Shown here: positions 51,508 through 64,000 of the stretch, piece after piece | How the letters are laid out: every line of letters begins with the position of its first letter | Numbering within the stretch: the stretch's first letter is position 1 | Assembly: GCA_977020255.1 (NCBI GenBank) | Contig: CDROCS010000457.1 | Coordinates: 434,001 to 498,000, forward strand | Length of the DNA stretch: 64,000 nucleotides | Reading direction: 5' to 3' | Origin: Obrimoposthia wandeli | Taxonomy: Eukaryota | Translations under genes and position numbers: made by a program | Notes under the pieces: model-generated | Seen by the model: only the letters and a program-made list of their open reading frames with translations | The model's database searches: none | Told to the model about the DNA's origin: nothing

Positions 51508-53078
51508 TGTTAGGATTAGGTTTTGATAAAATTAAAATAATTAATCATTTTTATACTAAAATAAAAATCCTTGAAAGCAAGGTTATAATTAAGATAAAAT
51601 TCATTATAAAATTAAAATTATAAAAATAAAACCATCGGGAAAATATTAGGACCACGAAGGTCATGTGTAAGCGTGTGCGATATATATAGATGTTAAAATA
51701 AAAGTAAAGGGCCCCCAAAAAACAGAATTAGCCGGTTAGAAAAAAGCCCAAGGAAAATTGAATTAAGCGAGTCAATTAAGGAAATTATCAGATCGATTCA
51801 TTGTGAGAATCGAGTCAGTTGCCGAGACAGACGAAATCCAACAGCAATCCATTGCTGAACAGAGCCGCGCCGGGAGCAGAGACAGCCATCTGTAAGTAAG
51901 TGCTTTTTATTAAGTGCTCTACTTAAAATCGTTCCAGGAGCTAAAGTAAACAATAAACAAAAAAGAAAAACACTTACTAAGCCAAAAAAAGGAGAAACCC
52001 AATTTCCAGGAAAGCACTTAGCAATCGGGGCTAAAGAAAAAGAAAGATAAATTAAGTACTTTTAAAAAGCACTTACGTAACAATTTCCAGGAAAGCTATT
52101 AGTGCTTCGGGAAGGCCAGGAAAATTAGAATTGCATAAATAGAGAAGTGCAAAAAAGAAAATAGAACGTAGCCAGAGAATCGCGCCTCATCTGACCTCAG
52201 AGGAAAAGCAAGAAGGTAAATCGGCGACTAAGAAAGCTAAGTTATTTCCTTTAGGAGCCAGAAAAATTAGAAGCCACAAATTGGAATCGGAACAAACAGA
52301 GGGCATCGGAGCGATCAGGAAAGATCTCTTCTAGCAACCAGATTCGAGCAAACAGAGGGCATCAGAGCGAGCAGACCAAATCTTTTCCTACAACTAGACC
52401 TGGGCAAACCTAGGACCGCGTCAGCCGACTCCGTTGATCGACGCCAATAAAGCAAATAAAGGTAAAAAACAGCTGACGATTTAGATCCTAAATAAAGGAT
52501 TGTGTTTTATTGAATCTCCATAAGAGAAATTTAGATCCTAAATAAAGGATTGTATTTTATTGAATCTCTATAAGGAAATTGTAGATCCTAAATAAAGGAT
52601 TGTATTTTATCGAATCTCCATAAGGGAAAATTAGATCCTAAATAAAGGAGAACTAGAAAACGGATTTGACCCTAAACTACCCATAGTTTTAGAGCAACTA
52701 GCACTCCAAAATCAGTCCCCATTTTTAGAGTAAAGACTCCAGTAACTAAACAAACCGAAAATAAAATCGATACGTGGATCATCCCCACTTGTGTAGAGAC
52801 TTTGTGAAAGTCTTAGGAATTGTATTGTCAATTTTAGAACGTAATTAGAACGTGTTTCACTTAGTGTGTTTAGTAATAAACGATTTCCTACAACTAGACA
52901 GCGTTGTTATAGACCCTTCAAATTTAGAAATAACAAACCTTCAGATAAGAATTGAGACAGGCAAGCATAACATTAAGTAGGCCACAAACATCTACAAGTC
53001 CTGCTTCTATAGAACTCACGTTGGGGCTCTCCGTCTGAGGATCTATATTAGAAACAGTTTCATATAGAAACCCCAACA
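51508..53078 (+). repeat. 3' LTR-position copy of family A (A4)
   Basis: tgttagg...ccccaaca, with ~55-bp tandem repeats at 52480-52650. The centre is unlike the 5' LTR. Confidence 0.88.
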
Positions 53079-53871
53079 CTTACATATAATACATTTTTGA
53101 GTAACGACGAATTGAATTTTTAAGTACATTTTGAATAAAAGACGAATTGAAAATTTAAATATATTTCAAGTAAAAGACGTTTGAATTTTAAGTACATTTC
53201 GAGTAATCCGACGTTATTGAATTATTCGGCAATAACATATTAAATTAAAGAGTTAGATAGACGTGTAGAAAGTCACGGAGAATAATTTGAAGGGTGATTA
53301 TAGCAGGAGGCGTATAAAAGTATGCGAATAGAAAAGTATCGGTTCTATTGTGTATTCTTTAATAATTTTAGGAAGTTTTAAGTGTGCTAAGGTAAATATA
53401 GTTATTTTAGTGAAATCGATAGAAGATTCATTCCGAGTTAAATTCTCTGTAAAATTCGTGTACCCCCTAACATATAGATTAGCCGAGGGACAACCAACGA
53501 GGCAATATTCCACGTGCTGACATATTCCGAGGTGTATTGTCTACGTCGATTGGTCCCGGCTCTGTTTCATCGACATTCGGTTTTAGTGTTTCCAGACGCT
53601 TCCTACATTAAAGCTAACTCAGCTGATGAACTATCCACCCCGCATTTCATCACACCACGCTTGCTTTGAGGCCCTACTAGCTATTCTGTGAATACAACTC
53701 TTTGAACACACCACAAAACAATGAGACACAAAACCTTCAGATTGAGAATAGAATTAAGTAGGACACGAACAGGTAGGCCACATCCATCTGTAAGCCCTAT
53801 TGCTACAAAACTCACGTTGGAGGCCTCCATACGAGGATCTAATTGAAGAGTTTCAAATGGTAACCCCAACA
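53079..53871 (+). mobile_element. 3' part of an LTR of related family B
   Basis: Matches the reverse complement of 61818-62550 and ends taaccccaaca. Confidence 0.85.
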
Positions 53872-53989
53872 ATCTTATTCAATTTTCCTTGATTTAACAC
53901 ATATAGTGTTGTTCCTAGCCACAACGACACACCTCCATTGAGAACGACACTATATACTACTCTAGTCTAGGCTCTAACATACTATTTTT

Positions 53990-55405
53990 GAATTTAAAAA
54001 TATTTGGTTTAACCTGCTTCTTCAATACCTACAATATAATACTTGAGCACAGTTTGGGAACACTCAATAAATGCTCGACTCCTGCAACTGAAATGTTGAA
54101 GTCAAGTCTTCCATCAGTTTGCCATCCCAGTGAACCGTTAAAGGAACCGATGCTAAAAATTCAGATAGAATAAGTTTCGATCTAGTCGTTCAATATCTTG
54201 TTCTCGCTCGTTGAATGTAGTTCCGGTTTATATTGACATTGCTAACATCATAGCCAAGATTGGATACCATTTCACTAAGGATATTGTTCTGTCTAAAGCT
54301 GCTACAAGTCCGGGAGACATGACGTTGGTCTTGGCTCTTTTTGGCACAAAAGTTCCTGCTTCTTTGTATTCAGTCTCTGTACCGGGAGTTTTCTTTGCTT
54401 TATACCCAACATGGTCTGCAGTTTCATCTGCCGCAGAAGAGGAATCCGTTGGGAGAGTAGCATGTATTTTGGAGGTTTCCAGCTCATCCTGTGATCGTTT
54501 CTGGTGCCTCAATTTTGCTTCCTTCCGTTCCTGGACACGTTGTCTCCGATGTGTTTTCACTAGGTCAAGAGCACCAATTGAACCGGGTCGATATTTTTGC
54601 CTATGAGTGAGGAGGAATGCTCTGTCTGCTGGGTTCGTGATCGTAGTGAAAGCATCTATATGGGCGATATCAAAAAGTTCATCAAGTCACTCCATGAATT
54701 CATTTTCCTTGATCTTGTGTCCCGGGATTGTTCGATGTTTATGCTTCTGGATACCTTTCCTTTCAACGAATACTGACTCTAACTTATCAATGGTATGTTT
54801 AGATGTACGAACAGATATTCCGGCCTTGACCCAAAATACAGCTATATCTTCGATGGCTTTTCGACTGGAATCTCGAAGATGGGGGATATGAGGGAAATGG
54901 CCGAGAGCTTGGCGATATGATGGTAGCTTGGCTCCGAGGATTTCATCTTCATATGAACCAAGCAAATAAACGTTGCTTTTTTCTCTGGTATCCATTTTTC
55001 ATCTAGAAATCTAAAATAATGGAGTATATGTTAATTACTATTAGTATTCATTCAATATTCATTCATACAAGAAGATTGATTATCTAATTTGATTATTGAA
55101 ATGCTGATTATGCAATATGCACTATATTTGTGATTTAGTATTAATTGTGGCATCGCTAATGTTATGAGTAAATGCCAAATTAGCAATGGACTGCATAATG
55201 TATATATTTACGTTAATTATCACATAATCTGTAATAATGCAATATACAATGGTTAATAAATTACTGGTGAAATTATTACTTGCACTGCATGTCATAACAT
55301 ATTGAAATGATGACAAGAGGCAAATATTTCTGAAATTGTGATATTTTCCATATACGGATAATATAGATATGTTACTTGAACTTTAATGCTCGAGGGTCAC
55401 CCCTA
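53990..55405 (-). mobile_element. Truncated DNA transposon, hATm-like
   Basis: KLPSYRQ..FWVKAGI..LFDIAH..LVAALDRT and PLTVHWDGKLMEDL..LLSVPKL. The end reads TAGGGGTG on - at 55405. The superfamily name is from memory. Confidence 0.65.
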
Positions 55406-55554
55406 AATATTATCCAATTGTAATAATCTTTTGCACAGTATGTTTTTTTCATAGATGGCATAGATTGATGGGGCAGAAGTTGAATTCAAACTTTCATTTT
55501 TAAGGACCACAATAGTTTTGGAGATATATTTCGGATAACTGAACACAGCACAAA

Positions 55555-55692
55555 CACATAACACAACATAAAAACCTTTGGCCTTGATTTAACTAGGAAG
55601 GCCAAGACGATCAATAAGACCTACATAGAACTCACGTTAGAGGCATCGATATGAGGATTCTAAAATAAGAGTTTCAGAAGAAAACCCCAACA
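55555..55692 (+). mobile_element. Diverged LTR 3'-end fragment
   Basis: tagaactcacgttagaggc...gaaaaccccaaca. Confidence 0.7.
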
Positions 55693-55775
55693 AAAGTGAC
55701 TTGTACAGTTTTATTGTTGGTTGGCATCCAATTCTATAATAATAGTTAAGAGAGTAGACAATTATTTTATAAATT

Positions 55776-56040
55776 TGTTAGATTAAGGAAAATTGTATAA
55801 GATAAATAAATAACTATTTATATAAAAAAATTTTAAACTTAAAATCAAAGATAGAAATGAATTTAAATAGAAAATAAAAATAAATTGATTTTAGAATAAA
55901 ATATCGAATGAAAATAAATTAGGACCTTAAAAAGGTCGTAGGGAAATGTGTGTGGAATGAGTAGAACAGTGTGAGAAGGAGCCGAGGAAGATAAATCTAG
56001 TGGGTGAGGACGAGTGGATTTCGAAAGGGAAGTTGAAGTT
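55776..56040 (+). mobile_element. 5' part of a family B LTR
   Basis: Starts tgttagattaagg and matches the reverse complement of 62900-63156. Confidence 0.8.
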
Positions 56041-56129
56041 TAAAATATTTACAAGGTTTTATTTTTTTTAGGTTAAGCGTAACTTTTTGAAAACTAATTG
56101 TTATTATTTATGTATTCATATTTATATAT

Positions 56130-56918
56130 TCTAATTTTCTATCTATTTAATCTCGCTATAGTTTGGGTGAAAAGGCCATTCAAGTACTGATAAAGTTACA
56201 GATAATGTACAAAGCCAATTCTATCTTTCATATGTAAGTTTTCGTAAGCCAACCAATATTAGCTGGAAATACCAACCGATAGGATTCTTTGTTGAATTGA
56301 TAAATAACATTTGTACTTTGATAAACATTAATAATTAAAAATGATGAAATGTTATATTACAATTTAATAAGAAAAAAAGTTATTGATAACATTTAAAAAT
56401 GTTTAATATTTTCAAAAGAAGTTACTTCAAATTTTATTTAAAACATTTTTTAATAGAATTATCAAAATTTATACTAAAATAATTCAATATTTTATGTTTA
56501 AAGGTTACACTATCAATTCTCCTAAATATTAGACTAAATTTATTTTTTCATTATTTTATTATGTTTAAAAAATAATTCAAAATTTTGTTCTTAAAATGAG
56601 AAAGTTAAATATTTTTGAATTTATTTTTTATTTAATTTTAAAATATATTTTTTAACTATCAATGAATCAGAATGAAAGTTATTTATTGTGTCGCCAAATT
56701 TCATAATTTTTAATTATTAACGTTTATCAAAGTACAAATGATATTTATCAATTCAACAAAGAATCACATCGGTTGGTATTTCCAGCTAATATTAGTAGGC
56801 TTACGCAAACTTACATATGAATAATAGAATTGGCTTTGTACATTATCTGTAACTTAATCAGTACTTGAATGGCCTTTTCACCCGAACTATAGCGAGATTA
56901 AATAGATAGAAAATTAGA
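56130..56918. mobile_element. MITE/foldback element with ~220-bp inverted arms (56130-56350, 56700-56918)
   Basis: tttaatctcgctatagtttgggtgaaaaggccattcaagtactga.. versus ..tcagtacttgaatggccttttcacccgaactatagcgagattaaa, around an AT-rich non-coding spacer. Confidence 0.85.
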
Positions 56919-58329
56919 TGATTATGAAATGGTTATATATTTACACACAATCTAAAAGCATTTAATTTAAAATCATTTTATTTTCCATAATTAATTATGT
57001 ACTTAATAATATCATATTCATTTTTTACAATCGGAAATATTTCTGTTTTGTAAAAAGCAAGTCAGTCAAGTATATTTATATGTAATAACTATTAAATTCT
57101 ATTTCAAATGTCATTTCAAAAATTAGACAGATGATAATTATCTGACTCATGAGCCAGTCTCTTTAATTTATAGTCAGATTATCGCATAACCTGAAGACCT
57201 TAGCATACATTTGTAAATTTCAGTCTTGTCCAAACATGAAATTTCATGACGTAGTACTAGTGGTATTGTAGCGTTTGATGACATGTAAAACAGATTAATT
57301 TTACTAGACACTACACGCACATTCCAGTCATGTTTATTGTGCAGTCACAATTTATTATGAGGTGCTTTTCTGACAAAGACCACATACCACTGCATTGTTG
57401 TCTTGACTGTATGTCAGGCGGCTGATTGGATTGAGTTTTCAATTTGTAAATTTGATTTGTTGCTTATTGACCTTGAAAATGTACTAAATTTATATATCAC
57501 ACACGTGTTTGGCAGCATCTAACCATAATTTCTGATTTAAATCATGTAGAATTTCTTGTTTCTATTAAATAGTGAACTCAACCTTTATGAAGTAAGAACA
57601 GTATTTGAGGTAGATTGTTGGATGACTTGTTAATCATATATTCAAGTCAACCAACAATCTTTCCTTGTATGTTGTATTACTAATCGGCATTACATATCAA
57701 CATTCTTCAAGCAGTGATTTTGATGCATTCATTTTATTAATATGTTGTTCCTGCAGATAATGCAGTTAGTATCAGTTTCAGTCTCATTTACTGTAATGAA
57801 TAAAATTTTGCATATAAATGTCCAGTTACAAATGGAAAAGAAGAAACAGATTTAAAAGGAGCTTTGCTATTTTCGTATATTTTGTATATATATATTGAGA
57901 ACTAAACTAAGCACAACTAAAACATAATTGATATTTCCAGAATTTATTTCTATCTTTTCTACTTAAATTGATAAATTTTTAAAATAATATTATATTATTT
58001 TTAAGTAATCAAGAAAGATTATGTACGTTAATGTCAATCATGATTAATTGAAATAATTTTAACTTAGTTTAAGTAAATTATCTATAACTATTTGAAAGTA
58101 GATTCATATTATATTATAAAGTTTAATAGTATTATGAAATTTATGATACAAATAACAAATCACAAATATTTGTGGTTACAGTAATAATTTTTAATATCTG
58201 TTCACTTTTAAAAAGATATTTGAAATGATTTATTGTACGCTTTAAAAAATACCAAAGCTATAATTTTAAAATTAAAAAATACATATACATCAATATACAC
58301 CTTAAAATGTTAATTTAATTATTCCTCGA

Positions 58330-59250
58330 TTTTGAGCTACTTTCAGAACACGCTTCGTCATAAATGTTATGGTGTTGTCTATAACACTGTGAGGAATATT
58401 GTTCCATTCATGACGTATTATATGTTCTAAATTGTCCAGATTATTTCCAAGAATTTATTTCCTCTAGATCCGAAATTTTAACCAAAACCAAATGTGTTCG
58501 ATTGGATTTAGATCAGGCGATTTAGCAGTCCAGTTTGTTGTTCGAAGTCCCATTAATGCTCTGAACTGCCTTGTTTTTGTACTGCGACGAGGTGTGGCAT
58601 TATTATCTATATAAAGCCAAGACAATGATGGATCTCCAAGCGAATATGATAATGGATATACGAAATCCTCCAAAACAGATAGTACCAATCACTATTCATG
58701 TTGGGCACAAATCTACCCATATAGCTTCACAGATGACAAGGCGTCCACCACCACCTTGGATCATAGGTTCAATACTGATGTTGTCACTTCTTCGAACCCA
58801 TAACCTAATACGGCCATCTTGTTGCCATAAATAAACTGAGGCCTCATCAGACCATACCACTCTTTTCCATTGAGGCTCACGCCATAAACAGTGTTGCATA
58901 CACCATTTTAAACGTCCTATTGATTTATAAAATTTTACTTTATTATAATAATATTTTTGTTGTGCCAATCATTCAATATAATCTTACGTCTGCTTTAACA
59001 ACTTTTAATTCCACAAAGCTTAAGACATCTTCGATTTGTAGATACGGAAACATTAATACCAGTACATTGAACTATCTGACCACTTGATGTTAGCGGATTC
59101 TGTGTAGGACACCGTACGATACGTCTATATTCTCTTGATGTTGTTTTCTTCCGGAAGCCTATTTGCGACTTAATTGAAAATCGTTGATTGTGGATCTATA
59201 TATACCTGTTTTAGGAAGCTTTCATAGGGACTATATTTCTCATCTAATAA
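58330..59250 (-). mobile_element. Tc1-family transposase pseudogene
   Basis: WKRVVWSDEA, GGGRLVI, YIDNNAT and NWTAKSPDLNPIEHIW (DD34E-type motifs); frameshifted. Confidence 0.9.
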
Positions 59251-59526
59251 AGCATTTACTTTTACTTTATTGTAGTCTTGTAGCTTTTCTAATTTCATTG
59301 ATTCTTTAATAATTATAATTTGTATAGGGCCTTTGGTCTTTTTTTGATTCGCAATATATATGTGAAGCCGATACTTATTATCTAGTAAAAATTCACAGCA
59401 AACTAGAACTAAACCTTATGGAAATGGTATACGACGTTTTATTTGTTTAAATTATTGTCTGTTTCGCTAATTGCTATTGCGAAACTTATTTTTAAGAAAA
59501 ATATTTTACAATTTTGTATATTCTAA

Positions 59527-62500
59527 TTTTGGGGTTTCTAATTGAAACTCATATTCAAGTAGATCCTTATATGGAAGCCCCCAACGTGAGTTCAGTAGCA
59601 ATATTGCTTACATATGGATGTGGCCTACCTGTTCGTGTCTTACTTAATTCTAGTATTAGGATTCGGTTTTGGTAAAATTAAATAATTAATTGAATTTATA
59701 GTAAAATAAAAATCCTTGAAAACAAGGTCATAATTAAAATAAAGTTTAGATAAGAATTAAATTATTGAAAATTAAAATGGTATTTAGAAATATTTAAGGA
59801 CCACGAAGGTCATGTATGATGCGTAATATATAAGAAGATTAAAGCTACTGAAAAGGGCCCCAAAAAATAATCATCAACGAAAATAGAAGATATCAATTAA
59901 CCCTCAATACGCGGGAACCGAGATAACTCGGTCCCGACAAATACGCATACAGTGACGGGAACCGAGTTAACTCGTTTTTAGACAGGGGATTTCCCATCGA
60001 TTTCCATGGTGATGATATACGTATTATCTAAGTTATTTTAATGTCTATAAACAAAATCAATATGAAAACCTAGAGCGACATGGAAACCCGATAATGCAGG
60101 ATGATAATACGTACTGTATTAAATACATAGCACAGTGAGGGTTAAGGTCAGCGAAACACAGAGGATATCAAATTAGACCAGCGAAAATCAGAAGTTAAAT
60201 TCGTGACATCAATTAGGATCTCTAGAAAATCGTAATCTCGTGTAAGACACACTGGGAGCCAAGACAGCTGCAGCCAGAGTCATCAATTTCAGCATCAAGG
60301 TAAGTGCACTTGGTTGGTGTGCAACTGAACTGACATATTTTTGACAGTTCCCACCGAAGCCGGAGACAACTGACGAGTGAATCATCGCGCCAGTAAGAAA
60401 CTCGCGGGAAAAACACTAGCGCTACTACAAGAAAATCCATTACAGCAAAAAGAAGCGAGCGGGAAATCGACAGAGGTAATAGCACTTAAATTAAGTGAAA
60501 ATTTAATTGACAGTATTTCAGGATATATAAAAGGAGGAAATATCGTAGCGGAACCATAACCTAGTGTGTAGAAAAGAGAAACAGTTTATAATTCACTGTT
60601 ACCAGCACTCGCAGAAAATTAGAGAAACAGAACACAGAAATCGTGTCGTAAACTACCAGAAGACAGAATAGGTAAGAAAGCTGCGAATACCAAGAGATAA
60701 ATCATTAAAGAAGAAGAAACTCTGCAGAATCAGCCGTCCATCGAAGTAGCAGAGGACCTCGAACACGAGACGTCGGATCAGGAGCCAACTTACGCATTAC
60801 ACGGGATCTTGTACTCTGGAATTGTCGATTGGATGTGAGCCGAAGTAATTGTCGGTAATTGAAGTTTTGATTAAGTAAAAGTGAATTTTGATTTGAAGTT
60901 TTGATTAAGTAAAAGTGAATTTTGATTTGAAGTTTTGATTAAGTAAAAGTGAAATTTAATTGAAGTTTGATTAAATTAAAGTGAAATTTTGATCTGAAGT
61001 TTTGATTAAGTAAAAGTGAAATTTAATTTGAAGTTTGATTAAGTTAAAGTGAAATTTGATTAGAAGTTTTGATTAGATTAAAGTGAATTTTGATTTGAAG
61101 TTTTGATTAAGTAAAAGTGAGATTTAATTGAAGTTTGATTAAATTAAAGTGAAAGTTTGATTTGAAGTTTTGATTAAGTAAAAGTGAAAATTTGATTTAA
61201 CGTTTTGATTAAATTGGTTGAATTAAATTGGATTTGTAAAAGGGAAGTTTTGATTTAAATTGGATAAAAACAAAAGTGAAGATTTGATTAAATCGGATAA
61301 AATTAAACGCGAAAATTATAGAAGTTTTAATTTTGACTTCAACTAATCAAGTCGTGAGTTTTGAAGTTAAAAGTGAAGATTGTGAGTGTTCTAAAATCAA
61401 ACCAAATTTTTAGACAAAAAAAATTATAACCTTGAACGTAACCGCAAATTGGAGTAAAGACTCTAAGAAAGTAATCGAACCTGAACTTAAAATCGATACG
61501 TGGTTCATCCCCACTTGTGTAGAGACTTACAGAAGTCTTAGGAATTTGATTGTAACTTTTTAGAAATACGTACTTAAACGTATTGCTTCGTGTTAGTCTA
61601 GTGTGTTAATAATAAACGATTTCCTACAACTAGAAAGCATTGTTCTAAACCCTTCAGATTAAGACAAAACAACAAACCTTCAGATAAGAAATAGAGACAG
61701 GCAACCATAGCATTAAGTAGGCCACAACCATCCTTAAGATCTGCTTCTATAGAACTCACGTTGGGGCCCTCCACAGTCAGAGAATCTATAAGTTTCATAT
61801 AGAAACCCCAACACTAGTCTCAATCTGAAAGTTTTGTGTTTATTGTTTTGTGGTGTATTCAAGTAGTTGTGTTCACATAATAACTAGTAGGGCCCCAAAG
61901 CTAGTGTGGTGTGATGTAACGTAGGATGGACAGTTTATCAGCTGAGTTAGCTTTTATGTCGGAAGGGTCTGGCAACACCAAGACCGAATTTTGATGAAAC
62001 CAAGTCGAGACCAATTGATGCAGACAATACTCCTTTGAATCTGTCAGCACTTGGAATATTGCATCGTTGGTTGTCCATCGGCTAATCTATATGTTAGGGG
62101 GCACAAGAATTTCACAAAGAATTTAATTCGGAATGAATCTTCTATCGATTTCGCTAAATTAACTATATTTAACTTAGCACACTTAAAACTTCCTAAAATT
62201 ATTAAAGAATACATAATAGAACCGATACTTTTCTATTCGCATACTTTTATACGCCTCCTGCTATAATCACCCTTCAAATTATTCCCCGTGCCTTTCTACA
62301 CGTCTATCTAACTCTTTAATTTAATATGTTATTGCCGAATAATTCAATAACGTCGAATTCCTCGAAATGTACTTAAAATTCAAACGTCTTTTACTTGAAA
62401 TATATTTAAATTTTCAATTCGTCTTTTATTCAAAATGTACTTAAAATTAAATTTGTTTTTACTCAAAAATATTCTTAAAATTCAATTCTTCTTTACTCAG

Positions 62501-63156
62501 AAATGTACTTAAAATTCAATTCGTCTTTATTTAAAAAATGTATTTGATGTAAGTTGTGTTTTATTGCTCACTAGTTCAATTTAAATATCAGTAGTTCCGA
62601 ATTTGCCATTTGAATATCTTTAGTTCCAAATTTACTAATTGGAATATCTGTAGTTCCGAATTTTTCTGTTATTCGGATATTTTTCTGCAATAACTGATAA
62701 TTAATTTCTCTTTATATATAAAATTTACTCACCTCTCAATTCTCGCTTCTCGCGGCCTCTGAAGAAGGGAGATGGCGGCTGTATCTCGAATTATTCGTGT
62801 CTGAGTGCTTCTTCATGAACTAATGGAGTCGGAGTGCTTTTTCGCGAACTAATGAAGTTTGAGTTCCGCGACTAATAGGTTCCTGTTCTTCTTACTTAAC
62901 TAAATCTCAACTTCCTTTTCGAAATCCACTCATCTTCCCGCACTAGATTTATTTTAATCGGGTCTTTCTCACACTGTTCTACTCATTCCACACACATTTT
63001 TCCACGACTTTTTTAGGGTCCTAGTTTATTTTATTCTAAAATCGATTTATTTTTAATTTTCTATTTAAATTCATTTCGACCTTTGATTTTAAAGTTAAAT
63101 TTTTTTAATAAAAATAATTATTTTATTTATCTTATTCAGTTTTCTTTTATCTAACA
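59527..63156 (-). mobile_element. Family B solo LTR, interrupted by A5
   Basis: The 59527-59653 and 61814-63156 pieces join into one LTR (tgttagata...ccccaa(c)a on -). Flanks are ctaa / ctat, a degenerate TSD. Confidence 0.8.
59654..61813 (+). mobile_element. Solo LTR, family A (copy A5)
   Basis: tattagg...ccccaaca with TSD CTAG at 59650-59653 and 61814-61817. A ~35-40-bp gaagttttgattaagtaaaagtgaa array lies at 60860-61210. Confidence 0.93.
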
Positions 63157-63476
63157 CTATAATCGTCAATCAAAATTGATTTTGAACTAAATGAAATAAA
63201 GTATTAATATGTAAATTTATATGTCAGATTTCATATCACAGTTATGTTATAATTATATTTATTTTTATCTTTATTAATAAAATATGCTTTCGTATCTGAA
63301 ATAGGATTTGGTGTCTTGCTTTAGATATCCTCAGATATCAAACTTTTATGGCTAAATAATTAAATATTTTATACGAAATGCATGAAGCACTATAGGTAGA
63401 AACTAAAAATTATAATTTGAATTAAAAATAGAAGATGTGAAAATAAAAATTATATAAAATAACATTTTATTAAATT

Positions 63477-64000
63477 TGTTGGGGTTTCTATATGTAACTC
63501 TGTGTTCTAATATAGATCCTCTTTAGTGGAGGGCCCCAACGTGAGTTCTATAGAAGCAGGACTTAAGGATGGTTGTGGCCTACTTAATGTTATGCTTGCC
63601 TGTCTCAATTCTTATCTGAATGTTTTTGTTGTGTCTTAATCTGAAGGGTTTAGAACAATGCTTTCTAGTTGTAGGAAATCGTTTATTTATTAACACACTA
63701 GACTAACACGAATCAATACGTTTAAGTACGTATCTCTAAAAAGTTACAATAAAATTCCTAAGACTTCTGTAAGTCTCTACACAGGTGGGGATGAACCATG
63801 TATCGATTTTACTTTAGGTTTGATTAATCTTTTAGAGTCTTTACTCCAAATTGTGGGTAAGTTCAAGGTTATAGACTCTATAGGGCTGGTTGCTCTATAA
63901 GTATAGTTTGGTTTTAGAAAACTCACAATCTTCACTTTAACTTCAAAACTCACGAATTGATTTCACAATTTTAACTCCAAACTAATCAAGTTAAACTCAA
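63477..64000 (-). mobile_element. Family A LTR 3' end (copy A6), runs off the window
   Basis: tgttggggtttctatatg... closest to A5. No PBS adjacent. Confidence 0.9.

Larger units (their letters stand above)
29530..53078 (+). mobile_element. Giant (~23.5 kb) Ty3/Gypsy-type LTR retroelement with envelope and many accessory domains
   Basis: TG..CA LTRs at 29530-31043 and 51508-53078, PBS, gag-CCHC, and PR-RT-RNaseH-IN order (Gypsy). About 2.3 kb of the length is a nested solo LTR. Confidence 0.93.

Noticed and set aside
53298-53513. Near-identical 71-aa ORFs MEYC(L/I)VGCPSANLYVRG at 53298 (-) and 62051 (+)
   Set aside because: Both lie in family-B LTR copies on the antisense strand. The similarity simply reflects the repeat.
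53610-53640. CTGATGA in the family B LTR as a hammerhead ribozyme core
   Set aside because: No stem II plus GAAA follows, and the other B copy has CTGATAA.

Overview
AT-rich animal genomic DNA with very short GT-AG introns (38-50 nt) and the standard code. A flatworm-like host is my inference only. Host genes: a 2-exon PP1 inhibitor-3 (PPP1R11-like, +, 7566-8086), a complete 10-exon retinoblastoma-family gene (p107/p130-like, -, 15805-26191, about 1113 aa) and the 3' end of an unidentified minus-strand gene near 1.1-1.6 kb. The rest is mostly mobile DNA: MULE, piggyBac, hAT-Buster, hATm-like, Tc1, BEL/Pao and MITE remnants, plus six copies of one LTR family (A) and three of a related family (B). 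The main feature is a ~23.5-kb Ty3/Gypsy-type LTR element (29530-53078). Its internal region reads as a mostly collinear, now stop/frameshift-broken polyprotein: Gag(CCHC) - SUMO-like domain - AT-hook - Bcl-2-like - chuvirus-like class III envelope - protease 1 - BIR-BIR-RING (IAP) - protease 2 - RT - RNase H - integrase - DUSP phosphatase - pseudo-DUSP - several membrane proteins. Three small RING-H2 ORFs follow. This is an enveloped retroelement with env placed between gag and pol and a DNA-virus-style anti-apoptosis/ubiquitin/phosphatase toolkit. Its LTRs are modular: conserved ends, with variable centres holding short intron-like units and copy-specific satellites. All domain calls are by-eye motif recognition; no searches were run.
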